Positions 8,259-20,057 are shown, counted from the stretch's first letter. The stretch: 38,586 nucleotides of DNA from Vibrionaceae bacterium (GCA_051654185.1 JBOFXO010000191.1:1-38586), one strand, 5' to 3'. Numbers and translations are program-made. The notes: a model not told the origin generated them from the sequence alone.

Positions 8259-9728
8259 GTGTCACAACTAAGCACTCTTACTCCACAAATAATTTGGCGT
8301 CATTTTGAACAAATTTGTGCCATTCCTCACCCATCTAAACATGAGCAGCAACTTATTGAGTACGTTTTAAATTTTGCTAAAGAGCACAATTTACACGCTC
8401 AGCAAGACGCGGCCGGCAATATTGTCATCAAAAAGCCTGCCACTGCTGGTATGGAAGATAGGCAAACTGTTGTGTTGCAAGCGCACCTCGATATGGTTGC
8501 ACAAAAAAATGAAGAAACACAGCACGATTTTTTAGTCGATCCTATCAAGCCCTATATCGATGGCGAGTGGGTGAAAGCGCAAGGCACAACGCTTGGCGCT
8601 GATAACGGGATCGGCATGGCGACCTGCCTTGCTGTACTGGCAAGCCACGATCTTAGCCACGGCGCACTAGAAGTGCTGTTGACCGTTGATGAAGAGACCG
8701 GCATGACCGGCGCATTTGGCTTAGATCCCTCTCTTTTGCAAGGCACCATTTTGCTCAACACCGACACCGAGCAAGAAGGTGAGGTTTACATGGGCTGTGC
8801 GGGCGGCGTTAATATCGCGCTGACACAAACCTTTGATAGAGAAACCATTAGCGGTGACTTTCTCGTAAAAACCTTGCAAATTAAGGGATTAAAAGGCGGC
8901 CATTCTGGCTGTGATATCGACACAGGACGCGCGAACGCCACCAAATTGCTCGCACGCTTTCTAGCCCAACATGGCGAGGCGCTAAAGCTGCATTTGCTCT
9001 CTTTACGTGGCGGCACGGTGAGAAACGCGATAGCACGCGAAGCCTTTGCCACTTTTGCTATCCCGCGCGCGCAGCAAAACCATCTTTTAGAGCAAGTCGA
9101 ACAATTTGCTAGCACATTAAAAAGCGAGCTTGAGCTAGTTGAAGACACCTTGCGAGTGAAATTAGTCGATGAAACTGCGCAAGCTTCGCTGCAAGTGATT
9201 GAAAGCAAAGCACAGCAGCGCATTATCGCCATGCTCAATGCTTGCCCTAACGGCGTACTGCGCATGAGTGACACCACACCGCGCATCGTCGAAACCTCTT
9301 CGAACATTGGCATTGTGGCTTGTGAAAACAACCAGCTCACAACGCTAGTGCTTGCACGCTCTCAGTCTGACAGCAGCCGCCACTATGTGGAAAGTATGTT
9401 TGATTCGCTAGCGAAACTTTGCGGCGCGCAAATCGAAGTCAGCGGCGGCTATCCTGGCTGGAAACCGGATCCAAACTCGAAGATCATGAAAATTTTCCAG
9501 CAAACTTACCAAGATCTGTACGGTCGCACCCCCAATATTATGGTGATCCACGCAGGCCTTGAGTGCGGACTGTTTAAAAAGCCTTATCCAAACATGGACA
9601 TGCTTTCATTTGGCCCAACCATTAAATATCCGCACTCGCCGGATGAAAAAGTCAATATCCATTCAGTGGAGCTCTTTTGGCAGCAGATGCGCGCGATTTT
9701 AACGCAGATCCCTAAAAAAGAGTCGTAA
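8259..9728 (+). CDS. pepD: Aminoacyl-histidine dipeptidase (M20C)
   Basis: IPHPSKHE, LQAHLDMV, TTLGADNGIG, DEETGMTGA, IHAGLECG, HSPDE. GTG start after a GGAG RBS. Confidence 0.96.
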   Translation: MSQLSTLTPQIIWRHFEQICAIPHPSKHEQQLIEYVLNFAKEHNLHAQQDAAGNIVIKKPATAGMEDRQTVVLQAHLDMVAQKNEETQHDFLVDPIKPYIDGEWVKAQGTTLGADNGIGMATCLAVLASHDLSHGALEVLLTVDEETGMTGAFGLDPSLLQGTILLNTDTEQEGEVYMGCAGGVNIALTQTFDRETISGDFLVKTLQIKGLKGGHSGCDIDTGRANATKLLARFLAQHGEALKLHLLSLRGGTVRNAIAREAFATFAIPRAQQNHLLEQVEQFASTLKSELELVEDTLRVKLVDETAQASLQVIESKAQQRIIAMLNACPNGVLRMSDTTPRIVETSSNIGIVACENNQLTTLVLARSQSDSSRHYVESMFDSLAKLCGAQIEVSGGYPGWKPDPNSKIMKIFQQTYQDLYGRTPNIMVIHAGLECGLFKKPYPNMDMLSFGPTIKYPHSPDEKVNIHSVELFWQQMRAILTQIPKKES

Positions 9729-9735
9729 CCACACT

Positions 9736-9766
9736 AAAAAAGCGCCTCGCAACGGGCGCTTTTTTT
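9736..9766. terminator. Bidirectional intrinsic terminator (pepD/dinB)
   Basis: AAAAAAGCGCC...GGCGCTTTTTTT between convergent genes. Confidence 0.85.
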
Positions 9767-9776
9767 ATTAAAGAGT

Positions 9777-10856
9777 CTAGGAAAAAGGCAGCTCGCCAAA
9801 ATCAAAACTCAACTGGCGATTAGCCACACTCTGCTCTTCACGCATAAGGCCAACGCTGATCCCAATCAGGCGGATCCCGCGTCCTTGCTGCTTTTTTAGC
9901 ACTTCGTTAAGCAGCAGCGCAAAATTATTTTGCTGATATTGGCTGGTGCGCCGCTCTACCGTTGTTTGCGTAAAATCAGAGAATTTAAGCTTCACCCCTT
10001 GTCGCACCACGCAGCGCGCCCCACCAACCTGCTGCAGTCTCTTTTTCATTTGCGGATAGAGCGCTTTTAACATCTCAAGGCACTGCTGCTTAGTGTAAAT
10101 ATCGCTTGCAAGCGTTACTTCCACCGCAACCGATTTGCGCTCTCTATCTGTGACCACCTCGCGCTCATCAAGGCCATGGCAATAGTGCCACAGCTGCTCA
10201 CCCAATTTGCCAAAGTGCATTTTTAGCTTAGCTTTGTCATAACGCTGTACGTCAGCGCCAATATAAAGGCCAAATTGATGCAACTTTGCCAGCGTCACTT
10301 TACCCACACCGGGCAGCTTTTCGAGCGGCAATGCCTTAACAAATTCACCAAGCTGCGCCGGCGTTATCACGCACTGTCCATTCGGCTTATTGAGATCGGA
10401 AGCAATTTTGGCGACAAATTTCACGCAGGCAATCCCCGCCGAGGCAGTTAACTCAAGCTCGCGCTCAATAGCTTGACGGATGTCTTGCGCAATTAAGGTG
10501 GCAGAGCCATGAAATAGCGGGCAATTGCTCACATCAAGATAAGCTTCATCGAGTGATAAAAATTCATACTTTGCCGTGTAGCGGCTAAAAATGTTGGCAA
10601 GCTGCTCAGAAACTGCGCGGTATTTCGCCATGGAGCCTGCAATAAGCACAAGATTTGGGCACAGTTTCAGCGCTTGCGCTGTTGCCATCGCTGAGCGCAC
10701 GCCATATTGGCGCGCTAAATAATTGCAGGTCGCAATAACCCCACGGTGCACGTGCGCGCCCCCTACCGCGACCGGCAGATGGCGCAAATGCGGCTGATCA
10801 CGCATCTCTACAGCTGCAAAAAAGCAATCCATATCAATATGAATAATTTTTTTCAT
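9777..10856 (-). CDS. dinB: DNA polymerase IV
   Basis: KIIHIDMDCFFAAVE, SLDEAYLDV, AKIASDLNKPNG, LPGVGK. Confidence 0.97.
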   Translation of the reverse strand: MKKIIHIDMDCFFAAVEMRDQPHLRHLPVAVGGAHVHRGVIATCNYLARQYGVRSAMATAQALKLCPNLVLIAGSMAKYRAVSEQLANIFSRYTAKYEFLSLDEAYLDVSNCPLFHGSATLIAQDIRQAIERELELTASAGIACVKFVAKIASDLNKPNGQCVITPAQLGEFVKALPLEKLPGVGKVTLAKLHQFGLYIGADVQRYDKAKLKMHFGKLGEQLWHYCHGLDEREVVTDRERKSVAVEVTLASDIYTKQQCLEMLKALYPQMKKRLQQVGGARCVVRQGVKLKFSDFTQTTVERRTSQYQQNNFALLLNEVLKKQQGRGIRLIGISVGLMREEQSVANRQLSFDFGELPFS

Positions 10857-11042
10857 CTCTTGCCAGTAGCCTTAATCCTTTTCACAGCATCCACAACAAT
10901 TACGATGCACTTCACTAATAAACTGCTATAAAATGTAGTAAATTCAAGATGACTGCTATTGACAATGCAATAAATATGCTTAAAAGATAGACAGTTACAC
11001 TTTTTTATACGATCTCAGCCCACACTAATCAAGGCAGTTATT

Positions 11043-11453
11043 ATGCAAGAGCAGACAGAGCAACCTGAAGGTGATTTACTTTTAAGAACATTAGCAATGC
11101 CCGCTTTTACTAACCCCAATGGAGATATTTTTGGCGGCTGGATCATGTCGCAAATGGATATTGCAGGTGGGATCCTTGCCAAAGAGTTGGCTCAAGGACG
11201 CGTGTGCACCGTTTCTGTTGACAATATCACTTTTCTTAAGCCGGTAAAAGTCGGGGACGTGGTTTGCTGCTATGGTCGCTGCGTCAAAATTGGCCGCAGC
11301 TCCATGCAACTGACGCTTGAGATCTGGATCAAACCTGTGCTGCGAGAAAACCAACCAGAGCGCTATCGCGCAAGCTTTGGCACTTTCACCTATGTTGCTA
11401 TTGATGAAAATGCGCGGCCGCGTCCTGTGCCTCGAGATGGTGCCAAAGCGTAG
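11043..11453 (+). CDS. yciA: Acyl-CoA thioesterase YciA (hotdog fold)
   Basis: LLLRTLAMP..TNPNGDIFGGWIMSQMDIAG, FLKPVKVGDVVCCY. Confidence 0.94.
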   Translation: MQEQTEQPEGDLLLRTLAMPAFTNPNGDIFGGWIMSQMDIAGGILAKELAQGRVCTVSVDNITFLKPVKVGDVVCCYGRCVKIGRSSMQLTLEIWIKPVLRENQPERYRASFGTFTYVAIDENARPRPVPRDGAKA

Positions 11454-11544
11454 CTGCGCTTTTTCTTAAAGCGTGCTTTAGCACGCAAACCGTGAATGTT
11501 AACTTTTAAGGCGGCGCCAGTATTTCACCTGCGCCGCCTTAATG

Positions 11545-11775
11545 TTACTCAATACGATCTTTTTGCCAGGACTTTTCTTTTTCTGCTTGCGCAGCTTGTG
11601 CTTCACGTTTTTTGCGCGCTTCACACGGAGTTGGGCAGTTACACTCTTTTTCAATTCCTACCGCGCCAAGCCCGCCACAGCTACCCGTCAATTTTTTGCG
11701 ATGGACAATAAAACCGATTGCCATACCAAAAATCACTAATAAAAACACCCCAAAGGTAATAACAAAAGTGACCAT
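11545..11775 (-). CDS. nqrM: Na+-NQR maturation factor NqrM
   Basis: One TM helix, then GSCGGLGAVGIEKECNC..PC (four Cys). Located directly downstream of apbE. Confidence 0.92.
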   Translation of the reverse strand: MVTFVITFGVFLLVIFGMAIGFIVHRKKLTGSCGGLGAVGIEKECNCPTPCEARKKREAQAAQAEKEKSWQKDRIE

Positions 11776-11781
11776 AACACC

Positions 11782-12792
11782 TCACTGAGAAATTAAATAC
11801 GGCTTAAAAGCACTTGAGGCGCGCTCTTCAAACCCGTTTTCGCTTTTAACGATCAAAAACAGCGCGATCGCCTCTTTTTCGGCCAGCGCAAGGGCGCGCT
11901 CAGGGCCGAGCACCATAAACGCGGTCGCAAGACCATCTGCCGTCATGCATGATTTATCCAGCACAGTCGCCGAAACTAAGCGGTGTGTGATAGGCTTGCC
12001 GGTTGCAGGATCAATGGTATGCGAATAGCGTAAGCCATCTTGCTCAAAATAGTTGCGATAATCACCAGAAGTCGCCACCGCCATCTCTTTAGGCGCAATA
12101 ATTTGCTGCACTGAGCGCTCACCTGATACGGGTTTTTCGATTGCAATGCGCCATGGCTGAGCGCGATCATTAACCCCTTTGAGCCTTAATTCACCACCAA
12201 TATCAACCAGATAGTTTTCTACGCCAAGCGAAGCTAAATAGTCGGCAAGGACATCGACAGCAAAGCCTTTAGCGATAGATGAGAGATCCACATACAGCTC
12301 GGGATGCGTTTTAAAAAGCTGTGTGCCCTCTAGCTGCAAAAACTGCATGCCCGTTTTTGCACGCGTTTGCGCAATAAGCTCTGCCGATGGCACGCTTTGC
12401 AGGCGCGCCGCAGGGCCAAATCCCCACAAATTGACTAAAGGCCCCATCGTCACATCTAAAGCGCCACCCGAAAGTTTATGCAAACGCTGCGCCTCTTGCA
12501 CCACCAAAGCCATGGGCGGCGAAACCTCAAACGCACTGGTCTCACGATGACGGTTAAATTGGCTCAGCTGCGATTGTGGCAGATAGGTGGACATTTGCTG
12601 GTTTACATCCTGCAGCCTTGCATCTATCTGCTGCTGAACCGCTTTGGCCGGCGGCAAATTTGTTTTACCGATATATTTTATCGAATAGTAAGTGCCCATG
12701 GTTTGGCCACTGAGCACCACTAACGCGGCTTTTTGCTCACAGCCAAACAAAAACAGCGTGCACACTAGAAAAGCGTATAAACTTTTTTTCAT
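11782..12792 (-). CDS. apbE: FAD:protein FMN transferase ApbE (lipoprotein)
   Basis: Lipobox LFGC, GQTMGT, DLSSIAKG, ATSGDYRNYFE, ADGLATA. Start reset to the ATG at 12792. Confidence 0.95.
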   Translation of the reverse strand: MKKSLYAFLVCTLFLFGCEQKAALVVLSGQTMGTYYSIKYIGKTNLPPAKAVQQQIDARLQDVNQQMSTYLPQSQLSQFNRHRETSAFEVSPPMALVVQEAQRLHKLSGGALDVTMGPLVNLWGFGPAARLQSVPSAELIAQTRAKTGMQFLQLEGTQLFKTHPELYVDLSSIAKGFAVDVLADYLASLGVENYLVDIGGELRLKGVNDRAQPWRIAIEKPVSGERSVQQIIAPKEMAVATSGDYRNYFEQDGLRYSHTIDPATGKPITHRLVSATVLDKSCMTADGLATAFMVLGPERALALAEKEAIALFLIVKSENGFEERASSAFKPYLISQ

Positions 12793-12808
12793 CTGCAAAC
12801 TTAACATG

Positions 12809-13165
12809 TTAAAACGGCTTACGACTAAAACCTGTGACCACCTCAAGCTCAAGCTGCTTGCCAAGCTGCGTTAAGTGGTGCACAACAACAAGCCCTTTCA
12901 CCGCTTTTTTGAGTTTACCAAGGTCGGCTTGCTCTTGCTTAGTAAGCGCTCTGCTAAATGGTAAGGCACGCAGCTGCTGCGCTTCTTCTGATGCCTTTTT
13001 TTCACGGGCAAATTTTAACTGCTCACGCTGTTTTTTAAGCTTGGCTTGCTCCGTTTTTGTCTGCTCGATAATAAAGCTATCTTCGCGTGCAATCGCTGCG
13101 GCCAGTTTTTTTTCCAGCTTATCAAGCTGATTATTTACCGCTTGTAACTCTTTGCTATTATTCAT
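12809..13165 (-). CDS. yibL: YibL-family ribosome-associated protein
   Basis: Coiled-coil N-half, then PFSRALTKQEQADLGKLKKAVKGLVVVH.LT.LGK...VTGFS.KPF. Confidence 0.85.
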   Translation of the reverse strand: MNNSKELQAVNNQLDKLEKKLAAAIAREDSFIIEQTKTEQAKLKKQREQLKFAREKKASEEAQQLRALPFSRALTKQEQADLGKLKKAVKGLVVVHHLTQLGKQLELEVVTGFSRKPF

Positions 13166-13551
13166 TTTTTACCTGTCTTGTGCTCTTTTAAGCTCACATC
13201 AAATTCTTGTGCGGACATCACGTATCCATCACCATCAGGGCGCGGAAAAACCGCAACGGCCAGTTCATCCTCGCTTAAACCTGACGTCCACTTATTCTGC
13301 CAGTCGCTTAGCGAAATCGCTTCAGGGCGGCAATCTTGCCACTCGCCACTCGCCCAGCGGCTTGCCAGCGCCGCCGATGGCCAAACCGGCACGACGTCTT
13401 CATCTTCGCTGTTTAGCATCACGCAACCATCTTCGTCACGCAAAATCCAAATTTTTCCGTGAGCGTTCACTTCAGAAAAAAGATATTGCGCGCGCTGCTC
13501 GGCGCTTAGCTCTGTGATTTCTTGCTCTTTTTTAGTCAATTCGTGCTGCAT
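13162..13551 (-). CDS. DUF2750-family protein
   Basis: QRAQYLF.EV...KIWILRDEDGCVML..EDEDVVPVWPS...A..WA..EWQDC.PEAISL..W..KW..GL..DE. The stop overlaps the yibL start (ATGA). Start uncertain (13551-13587). Confidence 0.8.
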   Translation of the reverse strand: MQHELTKKEQEITELSAEQRAQYLFSEVNAHGKIWILRDEDGCVMLNSEDEDVVPVWPSAALASRWASGEWQDCRPEAISLSDWQNKWTSGLSEDELAVAVFPRPDGDGYVMSAQEFDVSLKEHKTGKK

Positions 13552-13619
13552 AACTCTCTCATTTGCCATTTTTAGCGCAATTGTCACGCTAATTAATGAA
13601 ATACGCCGCCATCATAAAC

Positions 13620-13649
13620 AAAATGGCTGCTCGAAAGCAGCCATTTTTT
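13620..13649. terminator. Intrinsic terminator after nqrF
   Basis: AAAATGGCTGC-TCGAAA-GCAGCCATTTTTT, about 25 bp past the nqrF stop. Confidence 0.75.
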
Positions 13650-13673
13650 ATTTTTTGTTGCTAACGCAATGTG

Positions 13674-14897
13674 TTAACCACCAAAATCATCTAACAAAAT
13701 ATTTTCATCTTCGACGCCAATATCTTTTAGCATTTTGATCACAGCCGCGTTCATCATCGGAGGACCGCACATGTAGTACTCACAATCTTCTGGCGCTTCA
13801 TGATCTTTGAGGTAGTGTTCATAAAGCACATTGTGAATAAAGCCCGTGTAGCCTTCATAATTGTCTTCAGGCAGTGGCTCTGACAATGCACAATGCCAAA
13901 CAAAGTTGGGATTTTCTGCAGCCAGTGCGTCAAACTCTTCAGCATAGAAGATTTCTCGCTTAGAGCGCGCGCCATACCAAAATGACATTTTACGCTTAGA
14001 TTTCAAACGTTTTAGCTGATCAAAGATGTGTGAGCGCATAGGAGCCATGCCCGCACCACCGCCGATAAAGACCATCTCAGCATCGGTCTCTTTCGCAAAG
14101 AACTCGCCAAATGGACCTGAAATAATCACTTTATCGCCAGGCTTAAGTGACCAGATATAAGAAGACATGATCCCAGGAGGCGCATCAGGCTTATTGGCTG
14201 GCGGCGTAGCAATACGCACGTTAAGCAAAATGATCCCATACTCTTCTGGGTAGTTAGCCATAGAGTAAGCGCGAATGGTCTCTTCATCTACTTTGGATTC
14301 GTAGCGGAAAAGATCATACTTATCCCAGTCGCCACGGTACATTTCTGGCACATCAAAGTCAGAAAACTTAACATGGTGAGCCGGCGCTTCAATTTGGATG
14401 TAACCACCCGCACGAAACGGTACCACTTCACCTTCAGGGATCTGCATTTTTAATTCTTTGATAAAAGTCGCCTTATTATCATTAGAAATAACCGTACATT
14501 CCCATTTTTTCACGCCAAAAATCTCTTCTGGCAGCTCAATTTCCATGTCGCATTTTAATGCTACTTGGCAAGCTAAGCGCTCACCTTCGCGCGCTTCGCC
14601 TTTGCTGATGTGATCGCGCTCAGTCGGTAAAATATCGCCGCCGCCTGATTTAACTTTCACTTTACATTGGCCACAAGAGCCGCCGCCGCCGCATGCTGAT
14701 GAAACGAATACGCCTGCGCCAGCAAGCGCACCCAAAAGCTTGCCGCCTGGGTTAGTTTTGATCGCCAGATTGGGATCGCCATTAACGGAAATTGTGATAT
14801 CGCCTTGCGGCACAAGTTTTGATTTAGCAAATAAAATGACTAAAACCAAAACCAGCACCATCACGGTAAACATCGCAACACCAAGAATAATGTCCAT
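13674..14897 (-). CDS. nqrF: Na+-translocating NADH:quinone reductase subunit F
   Basis: 2Fe-2S motif [10 protein letters not shown]...[24 protein letters not shown]-terminal LLDDFGG. Confidence 0.99.
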   Translation of the reverse strand: MDIILGVAMFTVMVLVLVLVILFAKSKLVPQGDITISVNGDPNLAIKTNPGGKLLGALAGAGVFVSSACGGGGSCGQCKVKVKSGGGDILPTERDHISKGEAREGERLACQVALKCDMEIELPEEIFGVKKWECTVISNDNKATFIKELKMQIPEGEVVPFRAGGYIQIEAPAHHVKFSDFDVPEMYRGDWDKYDLFRYESKVDEETIRAYSMANYPEEYGIILLNVRIATPPANKPDAPPGIMSSYIWSLKPGDKVIISGPFGEFFAKETDAEMVFIGGGAGMAPMRSHIFDQLKRLKSKRKMSFWYGARSKREIFYAEEFDALAAENPNFVWHCALSEPLPEDNYEGYTGFIHNVLYEHYLKDHEAPEDCEYYMCGPPMMNAAVIKMLKDIGVEDENILLDDFGG

Positions 14898-14928
14898 TGA
14901 CTATTCCTTACTTTCTCGGTTTACTCGA

Positions 14929-15525
14929 TTATAAACTAATGCCAGAAAATGACATAAAGCCCAGCGCCATCAGGCCTACAGTGATAAATGTGATACCAAG
15001 GCCACGCAATCCTGGAGGAACGTCAGCGTACTTAAGTTTCTCTCTGATCCCAGCAAGCGCCACAATAGCCAACATCCAGCCAATACCAGAACCAAAGCCG
15101 TATACCAGCGATTCTGGAAGCGTGTAATCACGTTGTACCATGAATGAAACGCCGCCAAAAATAGCACAGTTTACAGTGATCAAAGGCAAAAATATCCCTA
15201 ACGCGTTGTAAAGCGGTGGGAAATACTTATCGAGGATCATCTCTAAAATCTGTACCAATGCAGCGATCACGCCGATGAAGGTGATAAAGTTAAGGAAACT
15301 TAAATCCAAACCTTCGATCAACGCGCCATCTTTAAGCAAGTAGTTGTAAATCAAATTGTTTAGCGGTAGCGATAAACACAATACCACGGTAACAGCGATG
15401 CCAAGGCCAAACGAGGTTGTGACCTTTTTAGACACGGCCAACAAAGTACACATGCCAAGAAAAAAGGCCAGCGCCATGTTTTCGATAAAAATCGAGCGCA
15501 CCAGCAAGCTAAGATAATGTTCCAT
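14929..15525 (-). CDS. nqrE: Na+-NQR subunit E
   Basis: [38 protein letters not shown]. Confidence 0.98.
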   Translation of the reverse strand: MEHYLSLLVRSIFIENMALAFFLGMCTLLAVSKKVTTSFGLGIAVTVVLCLSLPLNNLIYNYLLKDGALIEGLDLSFLNFITFIGVIAALVQILEMILDKYFPPLYNALGIFLPLITVNCAIFGGVSFMVQRDYTLPESLVYGFGSGIGWMLAIVALAGIREKLKYADVPPGLRGLGITFITVGLMALGFMSFSGISL

Positions 15526-15531
15526 AACCGT

Positions 15532-16164
15532 TTACTCCTTTGCCTCAATTTGTTCAGGTTTGAAGCAGCGAATGATCCAGATCAAAAAGCCAATCAAGAA
15601 GAAAGCAGACGGTGCAAGTAACATTAAACCATTTGGCTGATACCAACCCCCTTCTGAGGTCAACGGCAGCACACTTAGGCCAAATAATTTGCCAGAACCG
15701 AGCAGCTCACGGAAAAAACCGACCGTGATCAGCACAAAACCGTAGCCCAAACCGTTGCCAACGCCGTCCATAAAAGAGTCCATGGGCGCCGATTTCATCG
15801 CGTATGCCTCAGCGCGGCCCATTACGATACAGTTAGTAATGATAAGACCAACAAAAACAGAGAGCTGCTTTGAAACGTCATACAAAAACGCTTTGAGCAC
15901 TTGGTCGACCACGATAACCAGCGAAGCGATGATGATCATCTGCACGATGATCCGCACCGAATTTGGAATGTGGTTGCGAATAAGTGAAACAAAAAGGTTA
16001 GAAAATGCGGTGACACAAAGTACCGCTAATGTCATAACAAAAGCAGTTTCCAGCTTTGTCGTTACAGCCAATGCAGAGCAGACACCGAGCACTTGCAGTG
16101 CAATCGGGTTACTGTCTAGAACCGGAGCCCAAAGATTGGCTTTTATTTGCTTGGCACTAGCCAT
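15532..16164 (-). CDS. nqrD: Na+-NQR subunit D
   Basis: [31 protein letters not shown]. Confidence 0.98.
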   Translation of the reverse strand: MASAKQIKANLWAPVLDSNPIALQVLGVCSALAVTTKLETAFVMTLAVLCVTAFSNLFVSLIRNHIPNSVRIIVQMIIIASLVIVVDQVLKAFLYDVSKQLSVFVGLIITNCIVMGRAEAYAMKSAPMDSFMDGVGNGLGYGFVLITVGFFRELLGSGKLFGLSVLPLTSEGGWYQPNGLMLLAPSAFFLIGFLIWIIRCFKPEQIEAKE

Positions 16165-16939
16165 TTAATTGCTCCCCCTTGTGCACTTTTTTAAGAAATG
16201 GTCCAAAACCATTTTCCCCTAACCAAAAACGCAGCGTGTCTTGCACCCCTTTCGCTGTTAAGGTTGCGCCAGACAAGCCATCTACACCGTGAATGTCATC
16301 AGGCTTTGCCCCGCCTTTAACAACGTGCAACGCAGGATTGCCTTGTGCATCAAACAGTTGCTTACCAACCCATTTTTGACGCCACACAGGATTTTCAACC
16401 TCGCCACCAAGCCCTGGCGTTTCGCCATGCTCGTAGTAAGCAACGCCGCTCACCGTGTTGCCGTCCATTTTGAGCGCAACAAAAGAGTACATCATCGACC
16501 ACAGACCTTTGCCGTTCATCGGCAAAATGATCTCGCTGACTTTGCCATTGTCATCTTTTACAAAATAAATTTTGGCAATATTAGGAACGCGGCCAAGCTT
16601 TGCGATGTCGTCACTTGGACTGATCTTGGTTGACAAGTTAGGATCTTTTGCCGCAGCGCGCTGATCGAACTTTTGCGCGTCAAGGTTTGTCACAAACTCG
16701 CCGGTTTTTAGGTTAATGAGGCGCGGCTCGATGCGCTTTTGAAAAAGATCAAGCACATCACGGGACTGCGCTTCAATTCCTGCTACCGACAAAATATTGC
16801 TTTGCACGTCCAGCACAGCATTTTTTTGCTGCAAAGGACGAAGCGAAACGGCAGAAAAAGAGACCACAACTGAGCAAACAAGGCTAAGCCCAACGACCAC
16901 GCCCAGCGTTTTTGTAATGCTATCGTTATTGTTTGACAC
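16157..16939 (-). CDS. nqrC: Na+-NQR subunit C
   Basis: [20 protein letters not shown], and flavinylation motif DGLSGATLT. Confidence 0.97.
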   Translation of the reverse strand: MSNNNDSITKTLGVVVGLSLVCSVVVSFSAVSLRPLQQKNAVLDVQSNILSVAGIEAQSRDVLDLFQKRIEPRLINLKTGEFVTNLDAQKFDQRAAAKDPNLSTKISPSDDIAKLGRVPNIAKIYFVKDDNGKVSEIILPMNGKGLWSMMYSFVALKMDGNTVSGVAYYEHGETPGLGGEVENPVWRQKWVGKQLFDAQGNPALHVVKGGAKPDDIHGVDGLSGATLTAKGVQDTLRFWLGENGFGPFLKKVHKGEQLNG

Positions 16940-18170
16940 GAGCTAGCCTCCGTTTGATGTTGCCTCGTACAACAAGATTGTCGAACAGCGGCGCAAACAA
17001 GTTAGCAAATAGGATCGCCAGCATCATCCCTTCTGGGTAAGCTGGATTTACCACGCGGATCACAACAGCCATCGCGCCAATTAAAATGCCATACCACCAT
17101 TTACCTTTATTGGTAAATGCAGCAGAGACAGGATCTGTGGCCATAAACGTCATGCCAAAGGCAAACCCGCCCAAAACAAAGTGCCAATGCCAAGGCATGC
17201 TAAACATCGGGTTTGTTGAGGAATCGATGATGTTAAACAGCGTTGCTGTACAAACAAGACCAATAATGGTGCCTGAAACAATACGCCAAGACGCAATTTT
17301 CATCAGTAAAATCATGGCGCCGCCAAGCAAAATGGCAAGCGTTGACACTTCACCAAGCGAGCCTGGAATGTGACCGATAAAAGCGTCAAGCCAAGTGATA
17401 GGCTCACCGCTTACGCTGTGCACAAGCGCCGCTTTACCGCCGGCTGACCATTGGCTTAGCGCCGTTGCTCCAGAAAAGCCATCTGCTGCAACCCACACTA
17501 AATCACCTGAGATCTGCGCTGGGTATGCAAAGAACAAAAAGGCGCGTCCAGCCAGTGCAGGGTTTAAGAAGTTGCGTCCTGTACCACCAAACAGCTCTTT
17601 TGCCACAACCACACCAAAAGTAATACCTAACGCAGCTTGCCATAAAGGCAGCGTAGGTGGCACGATCAGCGCAAACAAAATTGAGGTGACGAAAAAGCCT
17701 TCGTTGACTTCATGACGACGCACAACGCAAAACAGCACTTCCCAAAAACCACCGACCAAAAATACGGTTGCATAAATGGGGACAAAATAGGTCGCACCGA
17801 GCACCATTTTACTAATAATGCCAGCATCCGCGCTCAATGAAGCGCCAAACCACTGCGACAACCAGTAGTGCCAATTACCGTCAATCACGCCACTTAGCGC
17901 GCTGCCTTGGTAAAGCGCATTAAGCGCCGTGATGGCTTGGTCGCCCACATTGTACATGCCAAAAAACATGGCGGGGAATACGGCAAACCACACCATGATC
18001 ATCATGCGTTTAAGATCAAGATTATCACGCACATGGGTTGTACCTTTAGTCACGGTACCAGGCGTGTAGAGCAACGTAGCTGTAGCTTCATACAGCGCAA
18101 ACCACTTTTCATATTTACCGCCATGGGTAAAGTGCGGCTCTAAATCTTCTAATATTTTTTTAAGACTCAT
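16926..18170 (-). CDS. nqrB: Na+-NQR subunit B
   Basis: [33 protein letters not shown], flavinylation motif DGFSGATAL. Start at MSLKK (18170). Confidence 0.98.
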   Translation of the reverse strand: MSLKKILEDLEPHFTHGGKYEKWFALYEATATLLYTPGTVTKGTTHVRDNLDLKRMMIMVWFAVFPAMFFGMYNVGDQAITALNALYQGSALSGVIDGNWHYWLSQWFGASLSADAGIISKMVLGATYFVPIYATVFLVGGFWEVLFCVVRRHEVNEGFFVTSILFALIVPPTLPLWQAALGITFGVVVAKELFGGTGRNFLNPALAGRAFLFFAYPAQISGDLVWVAADGFSGATALSQWSAGGKAALVHSVSGEPITWLDAFIGHIPGSLGEVSTLAILLGGAMILLMKIASWRIVSGTIIGLVCTATLFNIIDSSTNPMFSMPWHWHFVLGGFAFGMTFMATDPVSAAFTNKGKWWYGILIGAMAVVIRVVNPAYPEGMMLAILFANLFAPLFDNLVVRGNIKRRLARVKQ

Positions 18171-18172
18171 TA

Positions 18173-19513
18173 TCACCCATCCTTCTCAATAAGGGCGAGA
18201 GACTCGCGCAGCATTGAGCCAAAATCGTATTTGCCAGGACAAACAAAGGTACACAGCGCCAAGTCTTCAGGCGCAAGCTCTAATGCACCCAGCAGCGCCA
18301 TGCTTTCTAGATCGCCCGCGCACAGATCGCGCAGCAATAAGGTTGGCTCAATATCAAGCGGCATAACACGCTCATACGTGCCAATCGGCACCATCGCACG
18401 CTCGCTGCCGTTGATAGCTGTTGTCATATTAAACAACTGATCTTTGAAAAAACGGCTTAAATAAGCGGGTGTGACAGAAAACTTATTCTTACCTGGCGTG
18501 ATCCAGCCTAAAAATTCTTTCTCACGGCCTTCGCGTAGGGCGCTAATTTGTAAATGGAAACGACCAAGATAAGCGTGAGCGCCTCTTGCATGCGTGCCAT
18601 TTAAAATTGAACCTGAGATCACGCGCGCCTCGCCAAGCATCAGCTGCCCTGCGATCAAATCGTCAGTGCAAGCACCGATTTGGGTGCGCAGCAAACGTGG
18701 TTCATTCACCATCGGACCGCCTAGCGCTATTACACGGCTTGTGTCAATTTCACCGCTCAAAAAGAGATTACCGAATGCAATCACATCTTGATAGTTGAGG
18801 TGCCACACTTGCGTATGAGCATCAACAGGGCGTAAAAAGTGAATGTGCGTGCCAGCAAGACCTGCTGGATGGGGGCCGGTAAAAACCTGCTCTTGCACGT
18901 TCGCTTTTTTGCTGCAAGGCAAACTTGCAGGACCTTTACAAACAAAAACTTTGCCATCGGTCAAAGCTGAAAGAAGATCAAGTCCTGCAACAAACGCTTG
19001 TGGCTTTTCATCAATCACAATCTGCGGAGAAGCCGCTAGGGGATTGGTGTCGATAGCCGTTACAAAAATTGCAGCAGGCTGCGCTGTAATTGCTGGCGTT
19101 TTGTTAAATGGACGAGTACGCAGCGCAGTCCACATTCCAGAATCAACCAGAATATCAACAATGCGTTGACGATCTAATGCGGCGATCTGCTCGGGCGTGA
19201 AAGCTTCGAATGTGACTTGCTCATTGCCGCTTACTTCAATAACAACCGACTGCAGTGCACGCTTGTCGCCGCGATTGATTTCAATCACAGTGCCTGCGGC
19301 GGGTGCAGTAAATTTCACGCCAGGATTCTTTTTATCTTCAAAGAGAACCTGACCTTTTTTTACCACATCGCCAACACGCACTTGCATTGTTGCGCGCATG
19401 CCTTCGTACTCTTCACCAAGCAGGGCAACTTTTTTAATGGCATAGCCATCATCAATTACCTGAGTTGGCACACCGGCAATCGGTATGTCCAACCCTTTTT
19501 TTATCGTGATCAT
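18173..19513 (-). CDS. nqrA: Na+-NQR subunit A
   Basis: [42 protein letters not shown]. Start reset to 19513. Confidence 0.97.
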   Translation of the reverse strand: MITIKKGLDIPIAGVPTQVIDDGYAIKKVALLGEEYEGMRATMQVRVGDVVKKGQVLFEDKKNPGVKFTAPAAGTVIEINRGDKRALQSVVIEVSGNEQVTFEAFTPEQIAALDRQRIVDILVDSGMWTALRTRPFNKTPAITAQPAAIFVTAIDTNPLAASPQIVIDEKPQAFVAGLDLLSALTDGKVFVCKGPASLPCSKKANVQEQVFTGPHPAGLAGTHIHFLRPVDAHTQVWHLNYQDVIAFGNLFLSGEIDTSRVIALGGPMVNEPRLLRTQIGACTDDLIAGQLMLGEARVISGSILNGTHARGAHAYLGRFHLQISALREGREKEFLGWITPGKNKFSVTPAYLSRFFKDQLFNMTTAINGSERAMVPIGTYERVMPLDIEPTLLLRDLCAGDLESMALLGALELAPEDLALCTFVCPGKYDFGSMLRESLALIEKDG

Positions 19514-20057
19514 AGGCATTTGTACTTTTATGAAAAAGAAATTAACCACACAGCAACAAGCAATACTTAGCCGTAAAGTAAGCTTTGCAGCTGCCATGTA
19601 GTATCCATAATATTGATTTAGCCAAACAAGCTTATGCTAATTCAATAATATTCAATCAATTATAACATTAAGAAGGATTAGGGTACTACGATAAAAAGGA
19701 CACCACTTAAGCAATGGAGCGCTTTTAATGCTACCTTATCCACTTTGTCAAAACGTCGTCCTTTTGCAAAAGACCACTGTCTAAAACATTCAGACTAGTT
19801 TTCAATGTAGCTGTTTACCAAAGAGAAATGGAAAAGTCTGACGATAAGAAAAAATTTGAGGCAGTTATAAGCCACTTGCCTCACAAAATATACGCAGCAA
19901 GAACGCCGCAAAGGCAAGCAAAGGGCACATCAAAAAAGCGGTGTACTTTTAACCGACAACTAAAAAGTCCGAAGTTTAAATACAAAAATTTTTATTTTTA
20001 TCAAAGAATTAGCCGCAAAAATGCACAGCTACACACAACCGTGCAGCTGCGCTTTTA

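Noticed and set aside
3402-9766. Similar AAAAAAGCGCC...GGCGCTTTTTT hairpins as a REP/MITE family
   Set aside because: There are only two short copies with different loops, both at convergent gene ends, and ordinary bidirectional terminators explain them.
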